64,000 nt of DNA from a virus (Duplodnaviria; Caudoviricetes): IMG/VR virus record IMGVR_UViG_3300028833_000104, positions 36,765 through 100,764 of that record; one strand, written 5' to 3'. Each line of letters opens with the position of its first letter. Position 1 is the first letter of the stretch. The notes beneath the pieces are model-generated. The model was given only the letters and a program-made list of their open reading frames with translations. It was not told the DNA's origin and made no database searches. The position numbers and the translations under genes were made by a program. Positions 1-11,289 of this stretch are shown in pieces.

Positions 1-276
1 AAAGTTGGACTTCAAGTTTATACCTATAATGCTTGTTGTTCCGAATGTTTATGTATAGATTTTGAACATGCTATTAATAGAAAGTATTCCTATGCAAGAA
101 TTTGTTTAATAAGTGAACAATTCAATGAAATATTCACTGAAGAGGAAAGAAGCTTTCTTAGAGGGGTAAATCATAATTTAATTATTAGACATAATACTGA
201 ATTATATAAAGTTTTCACTGATAGAATAATTAATTTCTATGAAAAGGAGATTGAAAAGTATGCTGCAAGTAAATAA
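1..276 (+). CDS. hypothetical protein, 5'-partial
   Basis: Frame 1 is open from base 1 to TAA at 274-276 and overlaps the start of the next gene. Confidence 0.6.
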   Translation, partial: KVGLQVYTYNACCSECLCIDFEHAINRKYSYARICLISEQFNEIFTEEERSFLRGVNHNLIIRHNTELYKVFTDRIINFYEKEIEKYAASK

Positions 277-1711
277 AGATGATATTGTATCTATCAGAGG
301 TAATTTATATCAATATATTAATGATAATGAATTATGTGACCTTGTTTGTCCTACTTGTCATTCTAACTATGATTCAAGTTATTATCAAAAATATTCATTA
401 ATTCAAATAAAAAATGAACTTATACGTTCACATAAATTAGATAAGCATATAAAATTTTATATAAAAGTATGTCCTAAAATGTCATCTATATTTGTAAATA
501 AAGCAATAGCAGCTGGATTTGATTGTGGATTTGCCGAAATTATTGGTAAAACAACTCCTATTTATATAATGGAAAGAAATGAGCATAATGGTCGTTATAT
601 TTGTAGTTCAGTTACAGGTATGGATTTAATGCATTTACCTAAATTTTATTTATATGAACTAACTGAAGATAATTTATTGGATTTAGATGTTAATTATATT
701 ACTTTTAATCATTTCCTAGATAATAGATATGCATTTGAAATTACCAATATTAATATTCAATGTTTACCACAATCAAATTTAGGTCCTGCTTGTTTTGTTA
801 AACAACCTGAAAATAAAAGTGCAAATATAACCATTAGATTAAGTGGCAATACAGATTTAGATGAAAAATTAAAGGAATATTTATACAGTGATGGTAGATA
901 TAGTGCAGACGCTGAAATACATTTATCCGGAGATCCAGATTTATTAACACATTATAGATTAAATTTTTTATCTAACATTGAACATGGATTTGGATTAGAT
1001 GATGAATGTTTAATATTAGAATATTTATCTGTTGAATCTGTGGCTGATATGACTATCAATTCTAGAAGGGATTTAATTTATGGTGATTTTTGTTTACCTC
1101 ATAGAGATGAAATATGTTCTATTCCACCACTTTCAACAGCACACTTTGAAAGTGAAATTCAAAAATTAGAAATGGAACAAAAGTTAAAGGAATATGGTTT
1201 GGATAAAATTGATTTAGATAAAATAATGCAAGGTATTGATATTAGTTATGAACCTGATCAGCAAGATTTTGTTACATTTAATAAAGCTGATATAGAATTC
1301 CAATATGAAATGTATAATAAAGAAAAAGAAGAGGAGAAAGAAGAAAAAATGATTAAGTTAACAAAAGATGGAAAGTCAAGAGAAATTACTCAAATTGTTA
1401 TTAATGAGGAAGAAGGTATTGTTACCACAGTAGGTAATAAGTTAGGTTTACCTCCAGTTATCGTTAAGAAGGATAAGGATGGTAAGGAATATAAGGAAAA
1501 TGATCCAAAGGTAGTTACAATGGCTAAGACTGCTGAGGGTGATGAATTTGATAAGTATACAGGTGTGGCATTAGCATTAGCATATCAATTATTTGGTTCT
1601 AAGACTCAATTTAGAAAGTATGTTGATAATGAGGCTAAGTATATTAAGCAAATTAAGGAAAAGAAAGAAAAAGCAAAAGCAAAGAAAAAGCAAGTAAAAA
1701 AGGATAAGTAA
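260..1711 (+). CDS. hypothetical protein, possibly with an internal in-frame start at 1349
   Basis: Long ORF; AAGGAG precedes ATG 260; a second GAGGAG and ATG lie at 1331-1351. Confidence 0.7.
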   Translation: MLQVNKDDIVSIRGNLYQYINDNELCDLVCPTCHSNYDSSYYQKYSLIQIKNELIRSHKLDKHIKFYIKVCPKMSSIFVNKAIAAGFDCGFAEIIGKTTPIYIMERNEHNGRYICSSVTGMDLMHLPKFYLYELTEDNLLDLDVNYITFNHFLDNRYAFEITNINIQCLPQSNLGPACFVKQPENKSANITIRLSGNTDLDEKLKEYLYSDGRYSADAEIHLSGDPDLLTHYRLNFLSNIEHGFGLDDECLILEYLSVESVADMTINSRRDLIYGDFCLPHRDEICSIPPLSTAHFESEIQKLEMEQKLKEYGLDKIDLDKIMQGIDISYEPDQQDFVTFNKADIEFQYEMYNKEKEEEKEEKMIKLTKDGKSREITQIVINEEEGIVTTVGNKLGLPPVIVKKDKDGKEYKENDPKVVTMAKTAEGDEFDKYTGVALALAYQLFGSKTQFRKYVDNEAKYIKQIKEKKEKAKAKKKQVKKDK

Positions 1712-1712
1712 T

Positions 1713-2426
1713 ATGAGTAAAACATATTTTATCTCAGACTTACATTTCGGGCATAAAAATATTTTACAGTATGAACCATCAAGAATTGATGCTACTTTAG
1801 ACTATATTAAAAATGTTTTACATAAAGAATGTGAATATACTAAGGAAGACGTTTTAAAAGATTTTGAAACAGAAACTAAATCCTTAGTATATTACATACT
1901 AGATTATCATGACGAAATGTTAATTTATAAGTGGAATAAAAAAGTTAAGAATTCCGACACTGTTTGGTTTTTAGGTGATTTAGGACTTGGTAATAAGGAT
2001 TACATTAAATGTTGTACCTTAAAGTTAAATGGTATTAAAAGAATCGTTAGAGGTAATCATGATACTTTACCTGAAGATTTCTATAAAGATTGTGGGTTTG
2101 TTGAAATAGTTCCTAGAAAAAGAGGTACAGTATTAAAAGATTTCTTTGAATTAAGACATGAACCAAGTGCTTGGATGGCTCCTAATACTATGAGATTCTT
2201 TATATTTGGACATGTTCATTCTCAACCACAATATCTAACTAAAACTGAAAATAGTAGATGCGTTTGTGTTGAAAGACAAAATTTTGAACCTATTGAAATT
2301 GAGGAATTCAATAATTATCAAGAGGAAGAAATAGAATTAGATCCACATAAAGATATAAAAAATAATATAGCTGAAAAAGCATATATTGATTTTCTAGTAA
2401 AAGAGACAATAAAAGGAGATAATTAA
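1713..2426 (+). CDS. calcineurin-like metallophosphoesterase
   Basis: Motifs SDLHFGH, LGDL, RGNHD, HEP, FGHVH. Confidence 0.85.
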   Translation: MSKTYFISDLHFGHKNILQYEPSRIDATLDYIKNVLHKECEYTKEDVLKDFETETKSLVYYILDYHDEMLIYKWNKKVKNSDTVWFLGDLGLGNKDYIKCCTLKLNGIKRIVRGNHDTLPEDFYKDCGFVEIVPRKRGTVLKDFFELRHEPSAWMAPNTMRFFIFGHVHSQPQYLTKTENSRCVCVERQNFEPIEIEEFNNYQEEEIELDPHKDIKNNIAEKAYIDFLVKETIKGDN

Positions 2427-2427
2427 T

Positions 2428-2682
2428 ATGAATTATACTGAAAGAGAAATAAAGGAAATTAATACTGAATATTCTTTTAACAATATTGATTTTACAAAGT
2501 TAAGTATTGAGGATATCTATTTAATTAAGGTTGAAGTTGGTAATATGAAAAAAGATGATATGATGCAACTTTGCATAAATTTAAAAGAAAAATTAACTGA
2601 ATATGGAATTGAAAAAGTTCTAATTTGTCCTTGTCATAACGGTGTTCCATCATTACAAATTTATAAATTAGAAAAGGAATAA
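2428..2682 (+). CDS. hypothetical protein
   Basis: ORF with AAGGAG RBS, tightly packed in the operon. Confidence 0.6.
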   Translation: MNYTEREIKEINTEYSFNNIDFTKLSIEDIYLIKVEVGNMKKDDMMQLCINLKEKLTEYGIEKVLICPCHNGVPSLQIYKLEKE

Positions 2683-2686
2683 TTAT

Positions 2687-3130
2687 ATGGAAGGTGTTTT
2701 AAAAACTCTAAAAGGGCAAATTGTAGAGGTATTGGATAAACCAAATAGAAATGGTAGAATATATACTACAGAATGTATTGAAAATAATGTTTTAAATAAT
2801 CCAATAATACAGGAAAGACTAAAATTACACAACTTATTTGGAACTTTTACCTTACTTGGAAATGAAGATGTAACACTAACTAATACCTCTCATTGTATTA
2901 CAAATTTATATATTGAGGATAATTGTTTAAAAGCAGATATAGATATACTAGATACTCCAAATGGAAGAATGTTAAAGGAACATTTAGATAAAGGTGAAGG
3001 AATTTATCCTTATTTATCAGGAAACGGTGAATTAGAATTAGTTGGTTATTGTATGGTTTCCAATTATATATTAGATAACATTTCAATATCAGCTCTAAGT
3101 GTTAAAGGTATAGAAGAAAAGGAGAAATAA
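2687..3130 (+). CDS. T4 gp21-like prohead protease homologue, catalytic residues apparently lost
   Basis: PNRNGRIY, SHCIT and ILDTPNGR match the family; the expected GELxHP and SSRG motifs are replaced. Confidence 0.65.
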   Translation: MEGVLKTLKGQIVEVLDKPNRNGRIYTTECIENNVLNNPIIQERLKLHNLFGTFTLLGNEDVTLTNTSHCITNLYIEDNCLKADIDILDTPNGRMLKEHLDKGEGIYPYLSGNGELELVGYCMVSNYILDNISISALSVKGIEEKEK

Positions 3131-3131
3131 T

Positions 3132-3566
3132 ATGAGTACAAGATGTTTAGTTGGTTATAGAGATAAGGATACAGTTCATTATATTTACTGTCATCACGAT
3201 GGCTATGTGGAGGAACCAGGTGTTGGTTATACCTTATTTAATTATTATAAGGATTTAAATAAAATTAAGGATTTAATTTCAAGAGGCAGCACTTCTGATA
3301 TTGCACCTAACGTTGAAGATTGTAACTTTTACAAGGAAAAAGGTTGGGGTGAAAAAACCGTTGATGTAGCTAATTATGGCTTTAATTGTCAAGATGATGC
3401 GGAATATATTTATCTATTCCAAAACAATGAATGGTATGTTTTATATGCAGATTATGAAACTGATAGAAATAACATTGAAAAGGTTGAATATTTACTAAAT
3501 AAACCTGAGGATGACGAGGAAGATATACCTACTTGGGATTCAATTTTAAATAAGGTATATAATTAA
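3132..3566 (+). CDS. conserved phage hypothetical protein
   Basis: MSTRxxVG...IYCHHDGY...EYIYLF pattern common in phage proteins. Confidence 0.7.
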   Translation: MSTRCLVGYRDKDTVHYIYCHHDGYVEEPGVGYTLFNYYKDLNKIKDLISRGSTSDIAPNVEDCNFYKEKGWGEKTVDVANYGFNCQDDAEYIYLFQNNEWYVLYADYETDRNNIEKVEYLLNKPEDDEEDIPTWDSILNKVYN

Positions 3567-3581
3567 AATATACCTTTTTTT
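3552..3581 (+). terminator. intrinsic terminator
   Basis: AAGGTATAT/ATATACCTT hairpin followed by a T-run. Confidence 0.7.
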
Positions 3582-3617
3582 ATTGTATAATTATTATATA
3601 TTGAAAGGATTGATTAT

Positions 3618-4280
3618 ATGTTAAATGTAAAACCATTAACTCCTCAACAAATTGAGGAAAATAAAAATTTATTTATAAGTTTAGTAAATCAAATTAACAT
3701 TGATGGGGTAGATAAAGATGGATTGATTAATTATCTATTAAATTCAGATTTCTTCTTTGCACCTGCATCTACTAAATATCATTCAAACTTTGATGGTGGA
3801 TTATGCCAACATAGTTTAAATGTTTATTTTGCACTAAAGAATTTATATGAAATGTATAGACCTACTATTGGTGATATTGATGAGAATAGTTTAATTATTT
3901 GTGGTTTATTCCATGATATTTCAAAAGTTAATTTTTATGAAAAATATACTTCAAATAAAAAAATTTATAGTGAACAAGGTTCAAAACATGATAATGGTGG
4001 AAAGTTTGATTGGGTAGCAGTAGATGCTTGGAAGGTTAGAGAGGCAAAAGATAGATTTATTGCTGGAACTCATGAGGAAAATTCAGTACTATTATTAAGT
4101 AGATTTATTCCTTTAAATAATGATGAAACTGTTGCCATTATGAACCATCATATGCACACTGGCGATGGTGTTCAATTTATGGACCAAACCTTTATTTGTA
4201 ACCAATATCCATTAGCAGTTTTATTACATACAGCTGACTTCTTATCAACATATTGTGTAGAAGGAATTGTAAGTGAATAA
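3618..4280 (+). CDS. HD-domain phosphohydrolase
   Basis: APASTKYH, GGLCQHS, LFHDISK, AIMNHH, LHTAD. Confidence 0.85.
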   Translation: MLNVKPLTPQQIEENKNLFISLVNQINIDGVDKDGLINYLLNSDFFFAPASTKYHSNFDGGLCQHSLNVYFALKNLYEMYRPTIGDIDENSLIICGLFHDISKVNFYEKYTSNKKIYSEQGSKHDNGGKFDWVAVDAWKVREAKDRFIAGTHEENSVLLLSRFIPLNNDETVAIMNHHMHTGDGVQFMDQTFICNQYPLAVLLHTADFLSTYCVEGIVSE

Positions 4281-4629
4281 CTTAATTAAAAAACAATTGG
4301 AATCAGTACAAATTGCCGATTTAACTCATTTTAATGAAGAGGATAATACTTATTTTATACCTCAAAAGAAAACCATTAAAATCGAGAGAAATAAAGCATA
4401 TCTAATATTTGTAAATGATTCCTTCTTTTATAACAAAGTATTACAGGATAATTGAAATAAAGGATTAGTTTTAAAAGATAGATATATAAAAGCAGAAGTA
4501 GATGATGTTATGGGTAAAATGATTAAAGTTACCTGTATTGGATACGATGTTTTAAATAGAAAAGATACAAATAATTTCTGAAATGGTTGATTACCATTAG
4601 ATAGTATTCAAGTATTACAAAAATTATAA
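4273..4629 (+). CDS. hypothetical protein (3 TGA read as Trp)
   Basis: Frame continues through three TGA codons to TAA 4627-4629 and fills the gap to dnaX. Confidence 0.7.
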
Positions 4630-4656
4630 TGTATATTCATATAAGGAGATGATTTA

Positions 4657-5676
4657 ATGGAAGCGTTGGCAGTTCGTTATAGACCCCAAAAGTTTGAGGA
4701 TGTCTGCTCTCAGGGCTCTATAATAACAATATTAAAGCAACAATTACAAAAGAAAGAATATACCAACTGTTATGGATTTTGTGGGCCATCAGGTTGTGGT
4801 AAAACAACTATTGCAAGAATTTTTGGTAACGCCATAAATCAAGGAAAAGGTGAAATAATTGAAATAGATGGTGCTTCTAATAACGGTGTAGATAATATTA
4901 GAAAGATTATTGAAGAAGCAAGTACTAGATGTATTGACGGTGCTGAATATAAGATATTTATCATTGACGAATGTCATATGATTACAACAGCAGGATGAAA
5001 TGCATTCTTAAAAACAATTGAGGAACCACCTAAGTATAGTATTTTTATGTTCTGTACTACAAATCCTGAAAAGATGCCTGCAACTATTAATAATAGAATT
5101 ATGAAATTTAATCTTTCTAAAATTGATACAAATTTAATCAGAAGTAGATTAGAATATATTTGTCAACAAGAAGGTTTTACAAATTATAATGATGCTTGTG
5201 ATTACATTTCAAAATTGTGTCAAGGTGGAATGAGAGATGGTATTTCATTATTAGAAAAAGCAGCAAATTATAATACCGATTTAAGTATTGATAATGTATT
5301 AGAAGCATTAGGTGATTTTAGTTATGATTCATTCTTCAATCTAACAGGTGATTTGTTAAATCAAGATGAAGGTAATGTTTTATTAACTATTAATAATTAT
5401 TTTAATCAAGGAAGAGATTTAAAATTATTTGTTGACCAGTATTTAGATTTCACATTAGATTTAGCAAAATATTGCTTATATAATGATATTAATTATGTTA
5501 AGATACCTGCAAATCTAGCTCCTAGATGTCAAGGTTATTCAGGTATTCCTAATATTTTAGATTGGACTAATAGATTAATTGGCAAGGTATTAGATGTTAA
5601 AAATGCTATTAGATATGATATTAATTCCAAGACAACAATTGAAGCTATGTTTATAGCAATAAGTAGAGGTATTTAA
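4657..5676 (+). CDS. dnaX: DNA polymerase III clamp loader gamma/tau subunit
   Basis: LAVRYRPQKFEDV, GPSGCGKTT, IIDECHM, TTAG[TGA]NAFLKTIEEPP, GGMRD; two track ORFs join through TGA 4996-4998. Confidence 0.93.
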
Positions 5677-5678
5677 AT

Positions 5679-6533
5679 ATGAGAATGTTTGATCATGATG
5701 AAGATAATAGCTATTATTGGCTGGAAAAAGATAATGAGGAATTAAAAGCACAAATTAAAACCTGGAAATGAAGATATGAAACTCTTGAAAAAATGTTGTT
5801 AAATGTTTGTAGACATACTTATATGTTAAAGGCAAATCAAATCAATGTTAATCAATTATTTGCTGTAGTAAATGGTTGTTTAACTAACGAAATAATTGAT
5901 AGATTTACTTGGGATTATTTAATGGATGAAGAATCAAAGAAATTACAAACACATAAAAAAATTCAAGATGTTATGAAGAAGTATATTCATGATTATGATG
6001 ATGTAGAAATAAAAACTGATGAAATTGATGAAAGTGGTTCCCCAGTTATTATAACAAGTCAAAAAAATATTTATGAAGGCAACTTAACTCAACAAGATAT
6101 TGAAGATGCTTTTAAAGAAGAAAACTATTTAAATGATACTGAAGTAAATAATTTAGAATTAGATGAGATTGACAAAGCGGCATCACCTGTTATAGAGAGA
6201 CAAGATGATGGTAGATATAGAATTAGATATGATTTAGCATATGATAGTTTATCTCCTTTATGGCCTAATGATTCTTTATATAAAGGTAATTTACCTGATG
6301 AAGTTTTATTAAAAGGTTTAAATGAAGATTCTGAAGGTTGTTTATCATCAAGTCAAATTGAAGATGCAATTGAAAGTGGAGAGATTAATATTAATTTAAA
6401 TAATTTTAATATGTCGGATTTTGGAATAAAACAAGAATTCGGATTAAGTAAAGAAGATATTGAAAAGATAATTTATAATCAAGATGTAATGAAAATATTA
6501 AAAGATATTATAGATTTAGTTAATAATAAGTAA
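5679..6533 (+). CDS. acidic hypothetical protein
   Basis: Extends upstream through one TGA to ATG 5679, immediately after dnaX. Confidence 0.65.
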
Positions 6534-6544
6534 GAGGTGTTTTA

Positions 6545-7339
6545 ATGGTAGGTCAAACAAAATTATTAGAAAAATTAAATAAATATAACATAGATAATTT
6601 TCCAAGATCTACTATGTTAATTGGTGAACAAGGTATGGGTAAACATACCTTAGTTAACTATATTAAGGATAATATTTTACATTTACCTATAGTAGATATA
6701 ACAGACAATTTAAATAAGGAATATATTGATTTAATTTATTTAAATCCAAATCCATTAATTTATATTATTGATTTTAATAAGATTACTGAAAAAGAATCTA
6801 ATGCAATGTTAAAATTAATAGAGGAACCTATTTCTACCTCATTTCTAATTCTATTGGTAGATAATAGAAATAATGTTTTAAATACCATTTTAAATAGATG
6901 TATTATATTTGAATTAGAGCAATATAGCATTAATGAATTAAAAGAATTTACAAAAGGTTGTAAGAATGAAGATTTAATATTAAATATTGTAAAATCTCCA
7001 GGAAAAATTTTAAATAGTAATTTAGATAGTTATATTGACGAATTATATAACCTATGTAATACTATTGTTACAAAAATAAATAAAGCAAGTTATTTAAATA
7101 CCTTATCCATTACTGATAAAATTAATTATAAAGATGAGTATAATAAATTTGACTTAACAGTATTCTTTGATTGTTTAAGTTATTGTTATTATAAAGATTT
7201 TTTAGATAATAAAAATAATAAAAGTTTACAACTTTATTTATTAGTTTCTGAGAATAGAAAGAAATTAGTAGATAAAAGATTAAATAAGGAATTGTTTGTA
7301 AGCAACTTCCTATCTAAGTTATGGAAGGTGGCGAAATAA
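6545..7339 (+). CDS. clamp loader delta-prime (HolB)-like subunit
   Basis: MVGQ, GEQGMGK, NAMLKLIEEP, LNTILNRC (SRC-like motif). Confidence 0.8.
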   Translation: MVGQTKLLEKLNKYNIDNFPRSTMLIGEQGMGKHTLVNYIKDNILHLPIVDITDNLNKEYIDLIYLNPNPLIYIIDFNKITEKESNAMLKLIEEPISTSFLILLVDNRNNVLNTILNRCIIFELEQYSINELKEFTKGCKNEDLILNIVKSPGKILNSNLDSYIDELYNLCNTIVTKINKASYLNTLSITDKINYKDEYNKFDLTVFFDCLSYCYYKDFLDNKNNKSLQLYLLVSENRKKLVDKRLNKELFVSNFLSKLWKVAK

Positions 7340-8217
7340 TGGAATTACAGACATTAAAAACTAAAATAGAAAATAATACATTAAATGATGAAATAATTAT
7401 TTTTAAATATGTAGATAATAAATTTTTATGTAATCAATATATAGATAATATTTCAAAACTAAGAAATATGGAAAAAGTTTATATTAATTCCATTTATGAA
7501 GCAGAGGAAGATGCTTTTGGTGTTAATGATAGTTTATATATTATTGATGTTGATGAACTAAAAGAATATCCCGATTCATCATTTAAGAATTTAATTATTA
7601 TGTGTAAGAAATTACCTGATAACTTAGAGGTTGACTTTATTGATGTTGCTAAACCTGTTAATTGGCAAATTGAAGATTATGTTAAATATAGATTACAAGG
7701 CTTAGATGAAAATAGTATATTATGGTTATGTCAAATTTGTGGATATGATATTTATAGATTAGATTCAGAATGTAAAAAGTTAGAAATATTTCCTGTAGCT
7801 TCACAGCAACAAATGTTTAAAAGATTGAAAGAGGAAAATGGATATTCAGATTTAACAGATTTAAATATATTTAATTTCACGGATTCATTAATATTACATG
7901 ATATGAAAAATGTAATTAGTATGATGAAAGAAATGGAATTAATTGATATTGAACCATTAGCTGTTGTAACAATATTATTAAAGAAATTCAAACAATTATT
8001 AGCAGTTAAAACAAATAATCAAACCTATATTAAAGAATTAAAAATGTCAGATAAGCAAGTTTGGTATTTAAAGAATAATCAGGCATCAAAATTCAGTGAA
8101 GGTAAATTAATTAACAACATTGAATTCCTAACTGGAATTGATTATCAGATTAAAAGTGGAAATTTAGATTTAAGTAGAGATAATTTATTATCATATATAA
8201 CTTGTAATGTAATATAA
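7339..8217 (+). CDS. clamp loader delta (HolA)-like subunit
   Basis: ECKKLEIF, NIFNFTDSL, IDYQIKSG; adjacent to the holB-like and dnaX genes. Confidence 0.7.
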   Translation: MELQTLKTKIENNTLNDEIIIFKYVDNKFLCNQYIDNISKLRNMEKVYINSIYEAEEDAFGVNDSLYIIDVDELKEYPDSSFKNLIIMCKKLPDNLEVDFIDVAKPVNWQIEDYVKYRLQGLDENSILWLCQICGYDIYRLDSECKKLEIFPVASQQQMFKRLKEENGYSDLTDLNIFNFTDSLILHDMKNVISMMKEMELIDIEPLAVVTILLKKFKQLLAVKTNNQTYIKELKMSDKQVWYLKNNQASKFSEGKLINNIEFLTGIDYQIKSGNLDLSRDNLLSYITCNVI

Positions 8218-8246
8218 AAAAAGAGGTTTAAAACCTCTTTTATTTT
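8216..8246. terminator. bidirectional terminator at the strand switch
   Basis: A-run, AAGAGGTTT/AAACCTCTT inverted repeat, then T-rich tail, between convergent genes. Confidence 0.8.
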
Positions 8247-8303
8247 TGTACCTATTACTTTATTATGAATTAATTAAAACCTTAAAATAGAAGGAATTTT
8301 CCA

Positions 8304-9593
8304 TTAATTATAACCTAATCTATATACTCTACCACGCATAATACAATAAATGCAATCATCTTCCTCGGATGCATATAAAGCATTAGTATCAAAAGTACCG
8401 AAAGTTTCTATTTGTGATGATGGAACAGTTAATAATAAATTAACCTCAAAGGTGTCCATATTAACTTCCTTTATTTCAAGATTATTATTTTTTATGTTAA
8501 ATGTATATAATTTGTTCTTAAACATAACGCCCGGATCCCAAGAGCTATCAATAATATCATCACTTAATTGAACATCTAATTTTGTTAATGTATCATTAAC
8601 TGGATTATATTCATATACATTTCTACCTATTGTATTGAAGTTAGGAGCATCTCCTATTGCTAATAAATAGATTTTATTATTATATACTGCTGTGATATAA
8701 TTTTTTGGATAGGTACTACTACCACTTCCTGGTAAAACTGCATTACATCTTGAATAGCTATTATCTGGCACATGAATTTTATAAATAGCGTTACTCATAC
8801 CACTATTCATATTATTTGCACCAAATACATATATATCATCACCTATAACGGCAGAACTTGGAATTCACCAATAAGAATTATTAGCATTATATCCTACAAA
8901 GCTATTACCATTAACATCTAAATAACTATAACCTAAAATAAGACCAAATCAGCTACCGCCACCTAAACCACCAATTCTATAAAGTTTGTCTCCAACTGTT
9001 TGTACGCTAGAACCTGATACTAATCTTACCCAACCATTAGTATATGTTATTGTAATATTAGTAGTGGTAACTTCACCGGTATGTAAATCGATATACTTTA
9101 CTTTATCATTAGTTGTATTACTTCCTACTTTATATAATCTATTTTTATATCAAGCAGGAGTTCAATTTGTTACAAAATCTTCTATATAATCAACCAAATC
9201 AAAAGATCAATATGGAGCTTTCTTTTCTTCCTTGTTTGGATTTGTTATAGTTAATTTAACTTTAATTTTAGCAATATTTTCTTGTCCTTCTCGAGCATAA
9301 GGAGCTAAATTAAAGGATTTATTTTTTGTTTCTAAAACGTGATTATTAAAAGTTATTATATAAGTAACTTGAGGATTATACTCAGTTAATTCCTCTAATC
9401 CCTCAACATCCCAACTAATAACGGCTCCATTTGCCTGTAAATTTACTACCTTAGGAACTTTTAAACCTTGTGGTAAGTCTAATACATTATTAGAAAAATT
9501 TCTAGGCAATAATTTTTCTGAAGTATTAAATTGATATCTAATTGCATCACCTAAATCCTCTAGGTAATCATGTAAATTATTTTGTTTACTCAT
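8304..9593 (-). CDS. Kelch/beta-propeller protein, putative virion fibre or receptor-binding protein
   Basis: Track ORFs 9207-9593 and 8304-8810 share a frame and join through TGA codons; repeats such as VGDKLYRIGG and IGDDIYVFG; N-terminal LHDYLEDLGDAIR. Confidence 0.65.
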
Positions 9594-9604
9594 TAACTAA
9601 TCAC

Positions 9605-10870
9605 CTACTTACCAAAAGTTCAAGTTTTATGCTGACTCATATTGAATAAATATACCTTACCCTCATATACATGACCATATTGTGGAGTAATGTTATATTC
9701 AATGTCTAATTTTTCTATTGTTAAATCTGTTGGATTAAATACAAATATGCCTCCATTTGATTCCTCAGTTTCCTTTGTGAATATATAGATACTATCTCTA
9801 AAATTAACACATATAGGATCTCTAAAAGAATAAGGCATTTCAATACTTAATTTTTCAAGTGTTTCAGTTGTGGAATCAAATTTTCAAATTTCATTACCGG
9901 CTCCTCCTCAACTGGTTGAATTTGCACAAATTAAATAAATATCAGTTGAATATGAACAGATACCATAATCAAACATAGATGCATAGCTTCCTGAACCATG
10001 AGGTAAAGTTGCAGCTAATCTAGTAAATGTATTAGTTTCTGTATTGTGTTTAGTTATCATATTGTAATAACCGTTATTTTGTCCACCAAATATATAAACA
10101 TTATTGCCAACAGCTGCAGCCTCAACTAATCTTGCGACTTGTAATGCTGAATTGTATTGACTTAATGATGGTATATAGTTATTTATTGATGTATCAAAAA
10201 CCCTTGACCAGTTGGTATAATATCTAAGATTTTGTTCCCAACCACAATAACATCATATCCTATCTCCTACTGTAACTTGAGCACTTAATCCACCTGTAGT
10301 GTTATCTAAAAATACAACACCTAAATCCTCAATTTCTCCATCTAGAATATTTTGTCTTTTAACTGTTTTGCTAGTTGAAGATGAGTTTGTAGTATCTGAA
10401 ACCGTATAAACATATTTATCAGCAAAACCATAACTATAACTTCCATATAATGTGGTATAAGGTAGTTCTATTATTGCATCTGTTGGAATATATTCAATTT
10501 TAATTTCGCTTTCCTCTTTTCCTATAATATCATCTAAAATAGAAATTACCGCAATATTAGGCATTCCTGATGATATATAAGGAGTTAAATCCACATAATT
10601 ATTTCTAGTTACAATAGTTTGGTTATTTATGTCAATTTGATAGAATGTCGTATGACTGTATCTTTCTAACATATAATTATCAGAAACAGTCCAGCTTAAA
10701 ATAAGATTACTATCAATATCCACAGAAAGAAATTCAGGTAATACAATTCCTAAATCTATATTTCTAATTTTGTTTGAAAATTCTTGAACCTTAATTAATT
10801 CTTCTGTACCAGTTTTTTGTCTTATAGAATTAGCAATATTGGTAAAATATTCTTTTAAAATATTATCCAT
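9605..10870 (-). CDS. Kelch/beta-propeller protein, paralogue of the downstream gene
   Basis: Joined through TGA codons; VGNNVYIFGG repeat; N-terminal LKEYFTNIANSIR; TAG at 9605-9607. Confidence 0.65.
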
Positions 10871-10874
10871 AATA

Positions 10875-11255
10875 CTAAACCTCTGAGTTCAACTCATCTA
10901 GAATTAAACTATCAATATATTCCTTATTCTCGGTTTTTATTTGTGCTATCTGTTCATCTGAATAACTGCTAATATCTAAATCTATAGGTCCAACATCCTC
11001 TAATTCATTACCATACATATCAAGTAATATTAAATGAATTTGAGGTTTGTTCTCATCATATTCAACTCTAATATTATGAATAAATCATTTATCCGCTTTT
11101 GTTTGTTGTATAGTAACATCATGTGGGTTATCAGTTCTTTTTAAATGTTGTTCTACCTTTTCATTGATTAAATCATCAACATGGTTATAAGGATAGAATC
11201 CATTATTTTCTAATTCACTATTTCCGAATCCATAATCTTTTTTATTTTTAGGCAT
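10875..11255 (-). CDS. putative virion protein (NPHxVT motif); missed by the ORF track
   Basis: AGGAGG RBS, ATG 11255, one TGA, HLKRTDNPHDVT. Confidence 0.6.
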
Positions 11256-11289
11256 TTTACATTACCTCCTATCTATTAATTTAGTTTTA

